Below are positions 1-10,112 of a stretch of 64,000 nucleotides of DNA, in pieces. The position numbers and the translations under genes were made by a program. Origin of the DNA: Candidatus Giovannonibacteria bacterium (GTDB lineage: Bacteria > Patescibacteriota > Minisyncoccia > JACPKW01 > UBA11713); assembly GCA_016186825.1 (NCBI GenBank), contig JACPKW010000003.1, forward strand, positions 34,120 to 98,119, in the 5' to 3' direction. Numbering within the stretch: the first letter of the stretch is position 1; each line of letters begins with the position of its first letter. Under the pieces are notes generated by a model that made no database searches, was not told the origin of the DNA, and saw only the letters and a list, made by a program, of their open reading frames with translations.

Positions 1-63
1 CTCAAAACTTTGGCGTGAGGATAAATATCGCTCTTAAACATTACTTAATTCTAGCAATAAAAA

Positions 64-471
64 CTAAGAATTACTTGTTGATTGTTTTAACCGCAAAAGG
101 TAATTTTCGAGGATTAAAGCCGCGGCGGAAGCATCCCGCATTTTGCCCGGCGCAGACCTGGATTTCAGAACCTGTTTAGTAGAAAGCAGCTCGTTTTCAA
201 ATGCTACGGGGATATCTAGGATTTTATTTATTTTTAAGCCGAATGCTCTCGCTTTTTTTGTTGAAAGCGTCTCCTGATTCTTAAAACCCAAAGGCAAACC
301 GACAACAATTATTGAAACATCTTCTTTGTAAACAATATCTCTCAAGGCGCTCTCAAATTTCTCCCATTTATTTTCAATAACTGTTTTCGGAAATGCCAAA
401 TTTTTCTCTTCATCAGAGATTGCAACCCCTATTTTTTTTTCTCCGTAATCCAAGCAAAGAACCCGCGCCAT
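64..471 (-). CDS. ruvX: RuvX/YqgF Holliday-junction-resolvase-like nuclease (pre-16S rRNA nuclease)
   Basis: 135 aa. N-terminus LCLDYGEKKIGVAISD matches the YqgF/RuvX family signature. Typical size. Confidence 0.75.
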   Translation of the reverse strand: MARVLCLDYGEKKIGVAISDEEKNLAFPKTVIENKWEKFESALRDIVYKEDVSIIVVGLPLGFKNQETLSTKKARAFGLKINKILDIPVAFENELLSTKQVLKSRSAPGKMRDASAAALILENYLLRLKQSTSNS

Positions 472-472
472 G

Positions 473-1234
473 TTAAATTTTTGTGATAACTTCTCCGAAA
501 TTTTTCCCTATTATAATCGTATGTTCAAAATGAGCGGAGCGCTTGCCGTCTTTAGTTTTCCAAGTCCAGCCATCTTTTGCCAAATAAACCTCTTCGGAGC
601 CTTCAGTTGTCATAGGCTCAATCGCAATCACCTCGTCTTCTCTAAAAACGTTTCCCTCTCCGGCTTTCCCCCAATTTGGAATTTCCGGATCTTCGTGAAC
701 TGCGCGGCCAACGCCATGTCCGACCAATTCCCTGATAATTCCAAAGTTATTTTCCGTTACATATTTTTCTATAGCGAATCCAACATCGCCCGTAGTCGCG
801 CCCGCTTTTAAAATTGCGATCGCTCGTTCGAGTGAATTTTTTGTTACGTCAATTAACTTTTCCGAAACAGCATCAATTTTACCGACAGAAACAGTCTCAG
901 CCATATCCGTAAATAAACCCCTATACTTCATCCCGATATCAAGCCCGACGATATCACCATTTGCTAATTCGCGCCCCGAAGGAATGCCGTGCACCACCTC
1001 GTCATTGATTGAAATGCAAACCGTTCCAGGATAAGGATTACGCGCTCCATATACCTTATAGCCCTTGAAAGAAGGCTCGCCTCCCGTTTCTAATATTAAT
1101 TCTAAGGCAAGCTGGTCAATCGCTGCGGAAGTGACGCCAGCCTTGATTTCTTTTTTAAGCATAGCTAAAACGGCGGCCAACTTACGGCCGCCTTCTCGTA
1201 AAATTTCACGTTCTTCAGAATTCCTTATTATCAT
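473..1234 (-). CDS. map: Methionine aminopeptidase type I
   Basis: MetAP fold motifs (GYKVYGARNPYPG, HGIP, metal-ligand region HEDPEIPN). Start moved to the internal ATG at 1234, which forms an ATGA overlap with the adk stop. Confidence 0.85.
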   Translation of the reverse strand: MIIRNSEEREILREGGRKLAAVLAMLKKEIKAGVTSAAIDQLALELILETGGEPSFKGYKVYGARNPYPGTVCISINDEVVHGIPSGRELANGDIVGLDIGMKYRGLFTDMAETVSVGKIDAVSEKLIDVTKNSLERAIAILKAGATTGDVGFAIEKYVTENNFGIIRELVGHGVGRAVHEDPEIPNWGKAGEGNVFREDEVIAIEPMTTEGSEEVYLAKDGWTWKTKDGKRSAHFEHTIIIGKNFGEVITKI

Positions 1235-1818
1235 GCAAAAAATGAATCTAGTTTTTCGCAAAGTTCCTTAAAAACTTCTTCAGGCGTCTGCTCCCCATTA
1301 ACTTTGATCAAATGTTTCCTTTTTTCATAGTAGTCAAGCGCAGGCCTAACATCAGTCTCAAACCAATCCATACGCGCATCAATAGCGGATTCGTTGTCGT
1401 CATAGCGCGCCCTAAGCAACAAGCGCTTTTTTGCTTCCTCCGGCGAAACCTCAAAATAAATTGCTATGGCTTGCGGCCTTCTTACAAATTCCAGCGCTTC
1501 GTCTATAAATCCAGCTTCCCGCAAACTGCGCGGCGAGCCGCTGGAAAAAACAATTTCTTCAGCGAAAACTTTTTCGCCAAAAAAACTTAACCAACCCAAA
1601 AAGGCGAACCAGTCCGGCTGGCGTTCGCCGTTATCCAGAATTTCTTTTGCGCGTTTTCCTAACAGAGACTCTTTCTCCGCAATATTCCGGAAAAAATCTC
1701 CAGTTGAGATTTCAATGGGCTTGGCCAAATCCGGGCGTCTGCGGAGCATTTCTACCTGCGTGTCCTTCCCCGATCCCGATCTGCAGGGAAATACGAATGT
1801 AGTTCCTTTTGGAATCAT
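1231..1818 (-). CDS. adk: Adenylate kinase
   Basis: P-loop-like GSGKDTQ. Position secY-adk-map is canonical. Confidence 0.75.
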   Translation of the reverse strand: MIPKGTTFVFPCRSGSGKDTQVEMLRRRPDLAKPIEISTGDFFRNIAEKESLLGKRAKEILDNGERQPDWFAFLGWLSFFGEKVFAEEIVFSSGSPRSLREAGFIDEALEFVRRPQAIAIYFEVSPEEAKKRLLLRARYDDNESAIDARMDWFETDVRPALDYYEKRKHLIKVNGEQTPEEVFKELCEKLDSFFA

Positions 1819-1950
1819 GCTTTATTTTTACAATTTTTTACAAAAATGCCAAATAATTTTATCCAGAATTTCTAGCACGCAAAATAAAAAGGAGCAAATA
1901 TCGAAAGCGAAAACGGGCGAGCCAGTTTTCAGAGAAGAGCGAATTTAGAT

Positions 1951-3240
1951 TTAATCGTATTCGCGCATTACAAGCTGGGCATCAACTTGTTTGACAGTCT
2001 CAAGCACAACGGAAACGGCAATTAATAAACTGGTGCCTCCGATAGTCAACCCGACATCTCCGGTAAGTCCTTGCGCAACGAACGGCAAAACCGCTATCAA
2101 GCCCAAAAATAGCGCCCCTACCAAGGTAATGCGATTTAAGATCCTAGCGAGAAAATCTGAAGTAGGATGCCCCGGGCGAATTCCAGGAACAAACGCTCCT
2201 TGCTTTTGGAGATTGGTCGAAATCTGATCGGGATCGAATGTAACTGCCGTATAAAAATAAGTAAAAAGAAAAACAAGCACAAAATAGAAAATTCCGTAAA
2301 GCCAGGTGCTATTTAAAAACCATAAGAGCGCTCCGGCAACGGACTGTGCAATTGAACTGCCCGATTTTGACAATATTCCCGCGAACATCTGCGGAAAAAG
2401 CAAAATTGAAAGCGCAAAGATTATCGGAATCACTCCAGCTTGATTTACGCGCAGGGGAAGATGCGTTGAAACTCCACCGTAAACTCTCATTCCGCGGATT
2501 CTTTTAGCGTAAGAAACTGGAATGGGGCGCTCCCCTTCCGTCACGATAACTACAGCCGCTATTACAGCGATCCCCGCGACCAGAAAGGCGAGAATGACTG
2601 GAATTTTAGAGGGATCAATGAAAGGAAAGCCCTGCTGCGAAATTTTAAAAAACTGCTGCTGAAGCGCAGAGGGGATGCTCGAAACAATGCCTGCAAAAAT
2701 CAAAAGCGAGATCCCATTTCCAATTCCTTTTTCTGAAATCAACTCGCCAAGCCACATTAGAAAAACAGAGCCTCCGGTAATTATTACTATATTTACCAGC
2801 CTTGCCGCCATAGTTAAATTTTCGATTATACCTTGGCGCTCAAGCAAAACCAATAGGGCAAAACCCTGAAGAATCGCGAGCGGTACGGTCAAAAGCCTGG
2901 AATACTGATTGAATTTCTTTCGCCCCATTTCGCCTTCCTCGGAATAAATTTCCTTAAGGCGCGGAATAATCATTGTCAAGAGCTGCATAATAATGGAAGC
3001 CGTAATGTAGGGCCCCACTCCAAGCATCACAATCGAAAGGTTATCCAAAGCGCCTCCTGAAAAAATATTTAAAAGCCCGAAAAGCTGGTTGCCCTGAAAA
3101 AGACGCTCCAGTTCCGCCACATTTATGCCCGGAATAGGCAAAGCTGCTCCTATTCTAAACACCACCAAAATTCCGAGAACGAAAAGAATCTTTTTTCGAA
3201 GATCCTTATCTTTAAAAATTAATGCAAGTCTTTCAAACAT
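1951..3240 (-). CDS. secY: Preprotein translocase subunit SecY
   Basis: 429 aa, 10-TM profile, SecY motifs. Follows rplO as in the spc operon. Confidence 0.95.
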   Translation of the reverse strand: MFERLALIFKDKDLRKKILFVLGILVVFRIGAALPIPGINVAELERLFQGNQLFGLLNIFSGGALDNLSIVMLGVGPYITASIIMQLLTMIIPRLKEIYSEEGEMGRKKFNQYSRLLTVPLAILQGFALLVLLERQGIIENLTMAARLVNIVIITGGSVFLMWLGELISEKGIGNGISLLIFAGIVSSIPSALQQQFFKISQQGFPFIDPSKIPVILAFLVAGIAVIAAVVIVTEGERPIPVSYAKRIRGMRVYGGVSTHLPLRVNQAGVIPIIFALSILLFPQMFAGILSKSGSSIAQSVAGALLWFLNSTWLYGIFYFVLVFLFTYFYTAVTFDPDQISTNLQKQGAFVPGIRPGHPTSDFLARILNRITLVGALFLGLIAVLPFVAQGLTGDVGLTIGGTSLLIAVSVVLETVKQVDAQLVMREYD

Positions 3241-3245
3241 TTAAA

Positions 3246-3701
3246 TTAATCAGCTTGAACTTTTCCTCCGGCTTTTACTACAGCTTCGCGCGCGCTCTTC
3301 GAAAAATCAAGATCCTTGAAAACCAGCGCTTTTGTGATACTGCCTCTTCCCAATATTTTCACCTGCGGAGCTTTTCCAGAAACTCTTCGCACCATTTTTT
3401 TCTTAGCAAGAATCTCTGGAGAAATTACTTCCCCTGCTTTAAAATTTTTCTCGAGATCCAAAATATTGATCGCTTGAGGCTTCATGCGTGAACCTACCGT
3501 GCTCCTCGAACGATGTTTCCCATAACCTCGTTTTTTTGGAAGCTTTTTCAATATGTCGCGCAATTGCGGGCGGATTCTGCGCCCCGCACGGGCTTTCTGC
3601 CCCTTCATCCCGCGCCCGGAATAAGTGCCACGTTTTCCGCCACGGCCGACTCTTTTCTTGCTTTTTATTCCTTTGGGAGATTTAATATCGTGAAGCTGCA
3701 T
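3246..3701 (-). CDS. rplO: 50S ribosomal protein L15
   Basis: KKRVGRGGKRGTYSGRG glycine/arginine-rich N-terminus typical of uL15. Confidence 0.9.
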   Translation of the reverse strand: MQLHDIKSPKGIKSKKRVGRGGKRGTYSGRGMKGQKARAGRRIRPQLRDILKKLPKKRGYGKHRSRSTVGSRMKPQAINILDLEKNFKAGEVISPEILAKKKMVRRVSGKAPQVKILGRGSITKALVFKDLDFSKSAREAVVKAGGKVQAD

Positions 3702-3705
3702 ATAT

Positions 3706-4179
3706 TTATTTTGTCAGTCTTAATTTTTCCAAAGCTCTGATGGCCGCTTTCGCGGTGTTAATTTTATTTTTTGTGTGCGACAAAACTTTTGCGGAAGTAT
3801 TTTTGACGCCGGCCAAATCCAGCACTGCGCGGACCGCCCCGCCCGCAACCAAACCGCGCCCAGCTCTCGAAGGGCGCATCCTCACTTTCGCCGCTCCGAA
3901 TTTCGCCTCGACTTCAAAACTGATAGCGCCTTCTTTATCAAGAGCGACGGTGATCATATTTTTTCTTGCTTCTCGCTTCGCTTTGTCCATTGCCAAAGAC
4001 GCATCCGCTCCTTTACCGAGTCCGAACCCCACCCGTCCTTTTCTGTCTCCTAAAATAACAGCGGAGCGAAAACTGAACCTGCGGCCCCCCGCCACAACGC
4101 GCGCAACACGCCGCAAATCGATCATTTTTTGATCGAATTCAGATTTTTTCTGGAATCCTCTGTTTCTTATATCTGCCAT
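3706..4179 (-). CDS. rpsE: 30S ribosomal protein S5
   Basis: RVARVVAGGRRFSFRSAVILGD...GFGLGKG motif. Directly abuts rplO, so there is no uL30 gene in between. Confidence 0.9.
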   Translation of the reverse strand: MADIRNRGFQKKSEFDQKMIDLRRVARVVAGGRRFSFRSAVILGDRKGRVGFGLGKGADASLAMDKAKREARKNMITVALDKEGAISFEVEAKFGAAKVRMRPSRAGRGLVAGGAVRAVLDLAGVKNTSAKVLSHTKNKINTAKAAIRALEKLRLTK

Positions 4180-4190
4180 ATTTTATATAA

Positions 4191-4535
4191 TTAGAATTCT
4201 AAGCCGCCTTTACGAAGGCTTTCCGCAAGACTTTTGATTCTTCCATGATACTGATATCCGCCGCGGTCAAAAACAACTTTTTTGAAACCTTCATCCGTTA
4301 TTTTTTTTGCTGCAAGTTTGCCTAATTCAATGGCACGCTCCTGTTTCGTGCCTTTTTTAACTTTCAAATCGCTAAATCCGAACAGAGTTTTATGCTTCAA
4401 GTCATCGATAAGTTGGAGCTGAAGATACCTACTCGATCTGTAAACAGCCAAACGCAAGCGCCCGCCGCTTTTTAGCTTCGATGTAATTCTCTTGTGGCGC
4501 CTTAGCCTTTTAATTTGCTTGTTTCTGATTTTCAT
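4191..4535 (-). CDS. rplR: 50S ribosomal protein L18
   Basis: RLRLAVYRSSRYLQLQLID matches uL18. Confidence 0.9.
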   Translation of the reverse strand: MKIRNKQIKRLRRHKRITSKLKSGGRLRLAVYRSSRYLQLQLIDDLKHKTLFGFSDLKVKKGTKQERAIELGKLAAKKITDEGFKKVVFDRGGYQYHGRIKSLAESLRKGGLEF

Positions 4536-4539
4536 ATTT

Positions 4540-5082
4540 CTATCCTACACTCGCAGCTTTTTTACCGGCCTTTCTTCTCACCACCTCACCATCATAGCGA
4601 ATGCCTTTGCCTTTGTAGGGCTCGGGTTTTTTGAGTTCGCGGATTTCTGCGGCAGTCATACCGACTTTTTCTTTATCAATTCCGGACACAACAATGAAAT
4701 TTTTTTCTACGTTGAACGAAATTCCCAAAGGAGCAGGAAATTTAACAGGGTGTGAAAAACCGAGCGAAAGCAATAAGTCTTTTCCTTCAAGCTGCGCTTT
4801 GTATCCGATCCCCTGCAGTTCAAGCCGTTTTGTATAGCCCTCTGTTACTCCCAAAATCATATTTTTTAAATGCGAGGCATAAGTCCCCCAAAGCGCGCGG
4901 GCAAGGCGAGTTTCTTTCGCGATTGAAAGCTGGAGAGTTTTATTTTCTTCCACCATTTTTATTTCATCCCGAAAATCCCTCGAAAGTTCTCCTTTCGGCC
5001 CTTTGACTGTAACCCGGCTTCCGTCTATCGCTACGCTCACGCCGGAAGGTATTGCGATTGGTTTTTTGCCTATTCTAGACAT
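4540..5082 (-). CDS. rplF: 50S ribosomal protein L6
   Basis: MSRIGKKPIAIPSGV N-terminus. Two-domain uL6. Confidence 0.9.
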   Translation of the reverse strand: MSRIGKKPIAIPSGVSVAIDGSRVTVKGPKGELSRDFRDEIKMVEENKTLQLSIAKETRLARALWGTYASHLKNMILGVTEGYTKRLELQGIGYKAQLEGKDLLLSLGFSHPVKFPAPLGISFNVEKNFIVVSGIDKEKVGMTAAEIRELKKPEPYKGKGIRYDGEVVRRKAGKKAASVG

Positions 5083-5088
5083 AATAAT

Positions 5089-5478
5089 TTACCAGACTTC
5101 ACAAATAACTTCTCCGCCAAGATGCTCTTTTCGCGCTTCGGTATCAGTTTTCAGGCCTTTGGAGGTCGAAACGATCGCCATCCCAAATCCCTGCTTAATC
5201 TTTTTCAAATCTTTCGAGATCTTATAAACGCGCCGAGAGGGCTTCGAAATTCTCTTAATTCCGGTAATAGCCGCTCTATCAGGATGATACTTCAAAGAGA
5301 CTTCAATAAGTTTTCGGTTTTTTCGTCCCCTTCTTTCAACTGCCGCGAGATAGTCGTTTTCTTGCAAAATCCGCACAATTTCCATTTTGATTTTTGAGTA
5401 CCCAAAAACAGCGGTCTCTTTTTTAACTGCGGATGCATTCTTTATTCTTGTGAGCATGTCTGCTATTGGATCTGTCAT
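5089..5478 (-). CDS. rpsH: 30S ribosomal protein S8
   Basis: MTDPIADMLTRIKNA N-terminus. Confidence 0.9.
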   Translation of the reverse strand: MTDPIADMLTRIKNASAVKKETAVFGYSKIKMEIVRILQENDYLAAVERRGRKNRKLIEVSLKYHPDRAAITGIKRISKPSRRVYKISKDLKKIKQGFGMAIVSTSKGLKTDTEARKEHLGGEVICEVW

Positions 5479-5487
5479 ATTTTTTAT

Positions 5488-5673
5488 TTACCAACTTGAT
5501 TTTCTAATGCCCGGGATTAATCCTTCATTCGCCAATTCTCGAAAACAAATGCGGCAAATTTCAAAATCCCTCATGTAGCCGCGCTTGCGGCCGCAGCGAA
5601 AGCATCTTCGCACAATGCGGGTTTTGAATTTCGGTTTTTTCAGCGATCTTTGGTATGTAGATGTTTTTGCCAT
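5488..5673 (-). CDS. rpsZ: 30S ribosomal protein S14 type Z (zinc-binding)
   Basis: 61 aa, CxxC...CxxC (CFRCG...CRIC). Confidence 0.9.
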   Translation of the reverse strand: MAKTSTYQRSLKKPKFKTRIVRRCFRCGRKRGYMRDFEICRICFRELANEGLIPGIRKSSW

Positions 5674-5674
5674 A

Positions 5675-6208
5675 TTAAGAACGGAAAGGAAAACCTAATA
5701 ATTTTAAAGTATCCATAACTTTTTCGCGATCGCGGGAATTCGTTGCGAATGTGATTGCGAGTCCGAAAACATTTCTGACATCTTCCCCGATTATTTCAGG
5801 AAAAACAATATGCTCCCTTACCCCAAGCGTCAAATTTCCGGAACTATCGAGCGACTTTGGCTCGAGCCCCCTAAAATCTCTCGTGCGTGGAAGAGCAACT
5901 CGAATAAAACGCGAAACAAAATCATACATTCTTTTGCCTCGGAGTGTGACCATTAAGCCAATGATGCTGCCCTGCCTTGACTTGAATGAAGCAATCGATT
6001 TTTTCGCTGGGCAAGGTTTTGGCTTTTGGCCGGAAATCAGCGCAAGCTGTTTTGCAATCAAGTCCCGAGTACCCTCGTCCGCAACGCGGCCAATCCCCAC
6101 ATTTAAAACGACTTTATCTATTTTCGGAACAGCCATCGGCGAATTTAAATGATGTTTTTTCATCATCTCCGGAATAACTTCTTTTTCATATTTCTCTTTC
6201 AAACCCAT
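5675..6208 (-). CDS. rplE: 50S ribosomal protein L5
   Basis: 177 aa. uL5 motifs. Position between rpsZ and rplX. Confidence 0.9.
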   Translation of the reverse strand: MGLKEKYEKEVIPEMMKKHHLNSPMAVPKIDKVVLNVGIGRVADEGTRDLIAKQLALISGQKPKPCPAKKSIASFKSRQGSIIGLMVTLRGKRMYDFVSRFIRVALPRTRDFRGLEPKSLDSSGNLTLGVREHIVFPEIIGEDVRNVFGLAITFATNSRDREKVMDTLKLLGFPFRS

Positions 6209-6226
6209 GTTTAATCTAAAAATTTA

Positions 6227-6541
6227 TTAAAACGACTGTCCGCATTTTTTGCAGACTCTGGACCGTTTCCCGTCGGCAGAAACATTTATTCCCACCCGCA
6301 CGGATTTTCCGCAGTGCGGGCATTTCGGCAACAGTTTCGATAAGTTTATCGGCGAAGGAACTGAAATAATGCTTCCTTTCTCGCCGCCCCGCTTCGGACG
6401 CTGATGCCTTTTAACCAATCCCAAGCCCTCCACCAAAGCGCGGTTTTCTTTGGTAAAAACTCTCAAGATCTTCCCTTCCCGGCCCTTATCCTTGCCAGCC
6501 ACAACTGAAACAATATCGCCTTTTTTTACTCGCATGCTCAT
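6227..6541 (-). CDS. rplX: 50S ribosomal protein L24 with C-terminal CxxC-x17-CxxC
   Basis: KOW domain ([18 protein letters not shown]). The C-terminal segment carries CPHCG...CKKCG, which canonical bacterial uL24 lacks. Confidence 0.85.
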   Translation of the reverse strand: MSMRVKKGDIVSVVAGKDKGREGKILRVFTKENRALVEGLGLVKRHQRPKRGGEKGSIISVPSPINLSKLLPKCPHCGKSVRVGINVSADGKRSRVCKKCGQSF

Positions 6542-6903
6542 AATACTTCCGGCGCAAGCGAAATAATTTTTATAAAACCTCTATCTCTTAACTCTCTGGG
6601 CACAGGTCCGAAAATTCTTCCGCCCTTTGGTTCTTTTCCATCAAGAATAACCACGGCATTATCGTCGAAGCGGAGATAAGTTCCGTCTCGGCGCCTGAAA
6701 TTATTTTTCTGCCGCACAACAACAGCGCGCAATACATCCTTCTTCTTTACGATTTTTCTAGGTTCAGCGCTTTTGACTGAAATCACAATAATGTCGCCGA
6801 TCTGTGCGTAGCGCCGGCGCGTCCCGCCCAAAACTTTTATGCATTGCACGAGCTTCGCTCCGCTATTATCAGCCACATTCAACATAGATCTAAGCTGTAT
6901 CAT
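6538..6903 (-). CDS. rplN: 50S ribosomal protein L14
   Basis: [18 protein letters not shown]-terminus. Confidence 0.9.
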   Translation of the reverse strand: MIQLRSMLNVADNSGAKLVQCIKVLGGTRRRYAQIGDIIVISVKSAEPRKIVKKKDVLRAVVVRQKNNFRRRDGTYLRFDDNAVVILDGKEPKGGRIFGPVPRELRDRGFIKIISLAPEVL

Positions 6904-7186
6904 CGGATTCTCCTGATGCTTCGGCCGAAACGCTTTCCGGTCGTTCTATTAATTTGATAATTTTCCAGCGCTTGTCGCGGCTCTTCGGCGCAGTTTCCAT
7001 TATTTCAACTTTGTCGCCGTCTATGTATTCATTCGAATCAAGATGCGCCTTGAATTTTTTTGAAATTTTCACGTATTTCCCATATTTCGGGAAACGCTTC
7101 AAGCGTGTGACTTCCACCACAGCCGTTTTCTGCATTTTTGTTGAGACTATGCGTCCCTGTAATATTTTTGATTTTCTTTCACTCAT
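6890..7186 (-). CDS. rpsQ: 30S ribosomal protein S17
   Basis: [18 protein letters not shown]-fold motif. Confidence 0.85.
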   Translation of the reverse strand: MSERKSKILQGRIVSTKMQKTAVVEVTRLKRFPKYGKYVKISKKFKAHLDSNEYIDGDKVEIMETAPKSRDKRWKIIKLIERPESVSAEASGESDDTA

Positions 7187-7371
7187 TTTTGATTTTTCTC
7201 ATTAAGCAAAGTCAAAATTCTCGCAATTGCTCTTTTGATATTTCTTTTTTCTTTGGTATTTTTAACTCTTCCGGACTGCAGTTTGAATTGCACTGCCCTC
7301 AAGGCAGTTTCTTTTTCCGAAAGCAAGCGATTCAATTCTTCAGAGCTTTGGGCTCGCAGTTCTTTTTTCAT
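7183..7371 (-). CDS. rpmC: 50S ribosomal protein L29
   Basis: 62 aa helical. ELRAQSSEELNRLLSE motif. Position. Confidence 0.8.
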   Translation of the reverse strand: MKKELRAQSSEELNRLLSEKETALRAVQFKLQSGRVKNTKEKRNIKRAIARILTLLNEKNQK

Positions 7372-7473
7372 CCCGTTAGAAAATTGGACAAACTGGCCGA
7401 CGCGACGTTCGCCTTTTTAAATTTATAAATTTTATTAAAAATGGCATAAGTTGCAATTTTAACAAGATTCATC

Positions 7474-7887
7474 TTAGTCTCTGTAAATTAATTTTGTTTT
7501 AATCGGAAGTTTCGCGGCCGCTCTCTTCAAGGCCTGCTCGGCGATTTCGACAGGCACGCCGTCCATTTCAAAAAGGATTCTTCCCGGTTTAACCACCGCG
7601 ACATATCCGATTGGATCGCCCTTGCCCGCGCCCATAGTTACTTCCGGCGGTTTTTGCGTAACGGGCTGATCTGGAAAAATTCGGATCCATATTTTCCCGC
7701 CTTTCTCGACATATCTTGTCATTGCTTTGCGGGAAGCCTCGATCTGCTGGGAAGTTATCCGGCTCGGTTCCATAGCTTTCAAGCCGAACCCGCCGAATGC
7801 CAAATTCGTGCCACGCGTTTCATTTCCCTTAAACTGGCCGCGGAGCCTCTGCCATTTTCTGTATTTAACTTTTTTAGGAAACAGCAT
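7474..7887 (-). CDS. rplP: 50S ribosomal protein L16
   Basis: [18 protein letters not shown]-terminus. Confidence 0.9.
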   Translation of the reverse strand: MLFPKKVKYRKWQRLRGQFKGNETRGTNLAFGGFGLKAMEPSRITSQQIEASRKAMTRYVEKGGKIWIRIFPDQPVTQKPPEVTMGAGKGDPIGYVAVVKPGRILFEMDGVPVEIAEQALKRAAAKLPIKTKLIYRD

Positions 7888-7898
7888 GATATTTTCAA

Positions 7899-8576
7899 TT
7901 ATCTTTTATTGGAATTGTTTTTTGCGTTTTCAAACACTTCCCCTTTGTAAATCCAGACCTTGATTCCGATATCGCCATAGGGAAGGTGCGCCCGTTCCCG
8001 CGCAAAATCAACATTGGCGCGAAGTGTAGTTAAAGGAATCTTCCCTTTCTTCAGCCATTCATAGCGCGCCATTTCCGCGCCCCCCAATCTGCCGGACAAA
8101 GCAACTTTCACGCCTTCCACTTCTTTATTTGCCATAACTTTATCCAAGGTTTGTTTAAGGGCTCTGCGAAACGGCAAACGTTTTTCCAAATCATCAGCTA
8201 CCATCTGCCCCACGATTTTCGCATGAGTTTCAGGAGCTTTGATTTCTTCAACTGAAATTTTCATATTTTTCGGCAAAGTCAATTTTTTCTTTCGCGCCCA
8301 AGCCTGAACTTCATTTTTTAATTTCTCAATTCCCTCACCTCCGCGCCCGATCAGTATTCCAGGACGCGAAGTTTTCAATATCAAGTTAAAATCATTCTGG
8401 TTGCGCTCTATTTCCACGTCAGAAATGAACATTCCGCGCAGTCGCTTCGAAAGCCATTCTCTTAAAAGCACATCTGTCTTGAAAAATTTCTTATAATTTT
8501 TTAAATTAAACCAACGCGACTTCCAGTCCCGAATAACTCCTAACCTGAATGAATATGGGTGAACACTGTGACTCAT
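7899..8576 (-). CDS. rpsC: 30S ribosomal protein S3
   Basis: 225 aa. KH-like N-domain. [10 protein letters not shown] motif. Confidence 0.9.
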   Translation of the reverse strand: MSHSVHPYSFRLGVIRDWKSRWFNLKNYKKFFKTDVLLREWLSKRLRGMFISDVEIERNQNDFNLILKTSRPGILIGRGGEGIEKLKNEVQAWARKKKLTLPKNMKISVEEIKAPETHAKIVGQMVADDLEKRLPFRRALKQTLDKVMANKEVEGVKVALSGRLGGAEMARYEWLKKGKIPLTTLRANVDFARERAHLPYGDIGIKVWIYKGEVFENAKNNSNKR

Positions 8577-8580
8577 GTTT

Positions 8581-8958
8581 CTATTTTGTTTTTACTTTAG
8601 CCGCTGATTTTTTGTGCGCCTGGTTTCTCTCATCCGACAACACCAAATAAATATGGCTGGTTCGCTTCCTTATCTGATAAGCTCGGCCAAATGCGCGCGG
8701 CATAAATCTTTTTAATGTCGGACCTTCGTCAATTTTTATTTCTTTCACAAAAAGATTTTCGGATTTAACACGGCTATTTTTTGCGTTGGCATTCGCGGAA
8801 TTGAGCAGTTTTTCGATCGCCCGCGCCGGACCTAGAGGCGCAAACTTTAAATAAGCTGCGGCTTCCTTAACCGATTTTCCCCGAATTAAATTTGCCCACC
8901 TGCGCATTTTTTGAGGAGAAGCTCTAAAATAACTCAATTTTGCTTTAACTTCAGCCAT
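8581..8958 (-). CDS. rplV: 50S ribosomal protein L22
   Basis: Start trimmed to the internal ATG at 8958 (MAEVKAKLSYFRASPQK), so it abuts the rpsS stop. The upstream part of the track ORF overlaps rpsS. Confidence 0.85.
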   Translation of the reverse strand: MAEVKAKLSYFRASPQKMRRWANLIRGKSVKEAAAYLKFAPLGPARAIEKLLNSANANAKNSRVKSENLFVKEIKIDEGPTLKRFMPRAFGRAYQIRKRTSHIYLVLSDERNQAHKKSAAKVKTK

Positions 8959-8959
8959 T

Positions 8960-9271
8960 TTATTTTTTAGCCTCCGGAGCGGCCGTTTCCTTTGCAGACG
9001 CTTCAATTTCACGCTGCATTTTCCCGCCGTGCCGTGTAAATTTACGCGTTTGAGAAAATTCGCCGAGCCGATGGCCAACCATGTCTTCAGTTACGCTTAC
9101 AGAAATGAAATCTTTTCCGTTATGCACTCCGAAAATAAAACCTACCATCTCCGGCGATATTTGGGAATCCCTCGACCAAGTCTTAATAATTTCCCTAGAG
9201 CCTGACTTAAGCTTTGAAATTTTTTTCAGAAGCTTCGGATCCACGTAAGGGCCCTTTTTCGACGATCTCAT
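8960..9271 (-). CDS. rpsS: 30S ribosomal protein S19
   Basis: KKGPYVD...HNGKDFISV motif. Confidence 0.9.
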   Translation of the reverse strand: MRSSKKGPYVDPKLLKKISKLKSGSREIIKTWSRDSQISPEMVGFIFGVHNGKDFISVSVTEDMVGHRLGEFSQTRKFTRHGGKMQREIEASAKETAAPEAKK

Positions 9272-10095
9272 TTTGTTCTCCTTCTTAAAATTAACATCTT
9301 TGAATATTTCTTTTTATTGCGCGTTTTAACTCCGCGGACTCCCTTGCCCCAGCGATTGATCGGACGGCGTCTGCCGCGAAGCGCTCTCCCTTCACCACCA
9401 CCATAAGGATGGTCTACCGGATTCATCGCTGAACCTCTGACAGTCGGGCGAATTCCCAAATGCCGCGATCGCCCGGCTTTTCCGATATTAACAAGATTGT
9501 TTTCCTCATTTGAAGTCTGTCCCAAAGACGCCCAGGAATTTGACAAAACTTTTCTGATTTCTCCTGAAGGAAGCTTGATCTGGGTATAAGGAAAATCCTG
9601 CGCTAAAACTTCGGCAAAGCTTCCTGCTGACCGCACCAGTTTTGCGCCCTGGCCGGAATAGGTTTCCACATTATAAATTTGATATCCAACCGGAATATTT
9701 TTCAAAAGCATGCGGTTCCCCTTTTTCAAAGGCGCAGTTTCTGAAGTAATCACTTCTTCTCCTAAAGAAACTCCGGCCGGCAGAAGCGCGTATCTCTTTT
9801 CTCCATCCGCGTAAACCAAAAGTCCGATGAAAGCCGAGCGGTTTGGGTCATATTCAATGCTTTCAACTTTCGCCGGAATATTTTTCTTATCATAAATAAA
9901 ATCGACTTCCCGCCATAATCTTTTTGCGCCGCCGCCTTTGTGGCGGGTAGTTATTCGTCCGAAACTATTTCGTCCGACGTAGCGCTTGCGCCCAAACGTC
10001 AGTTTCTTTTCCGGTTTGGAGCGCGTCAAAACTTCGCGGTAATTGATTACCGTCATGTGCCTTCTGGATGGAGTTCTTGGTTTATAAACTTTCAT
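9268..10095 (-). CDS. rplB: 50S ribosomal protein L2
   Basis: 275 aa. C-terminal GGGEGR motif. Confidence 0.95.
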   Translation of the reverse strand: MKVYKPRTPSRRHMTVINYREVLTRSKPEKKLTFGRKRYVGRNSFGRITTRHKGGGAKRLWREVDFIYDKKNIPAKVESIEYDPNRSAFIGLLVYADGEKRYALLPAGVSLGEEVITSETAPLKKGNRMLLKNIPVGYQIYNVETYSGQGAKLVRSAGSFAEVLAQDFPYTQIKLPSGEIRKVLSNSWASLGQTSNEENNLVNIGKAGRSRHLGIRPTVRGSAMNPVDHPYGGGEGRALRGRRRPINRWGKGVRGVKTRNKKKYSKMLILRRRTK

Positions 10096-10112
10096 GTTGA
10101 TTACTTATTTTT

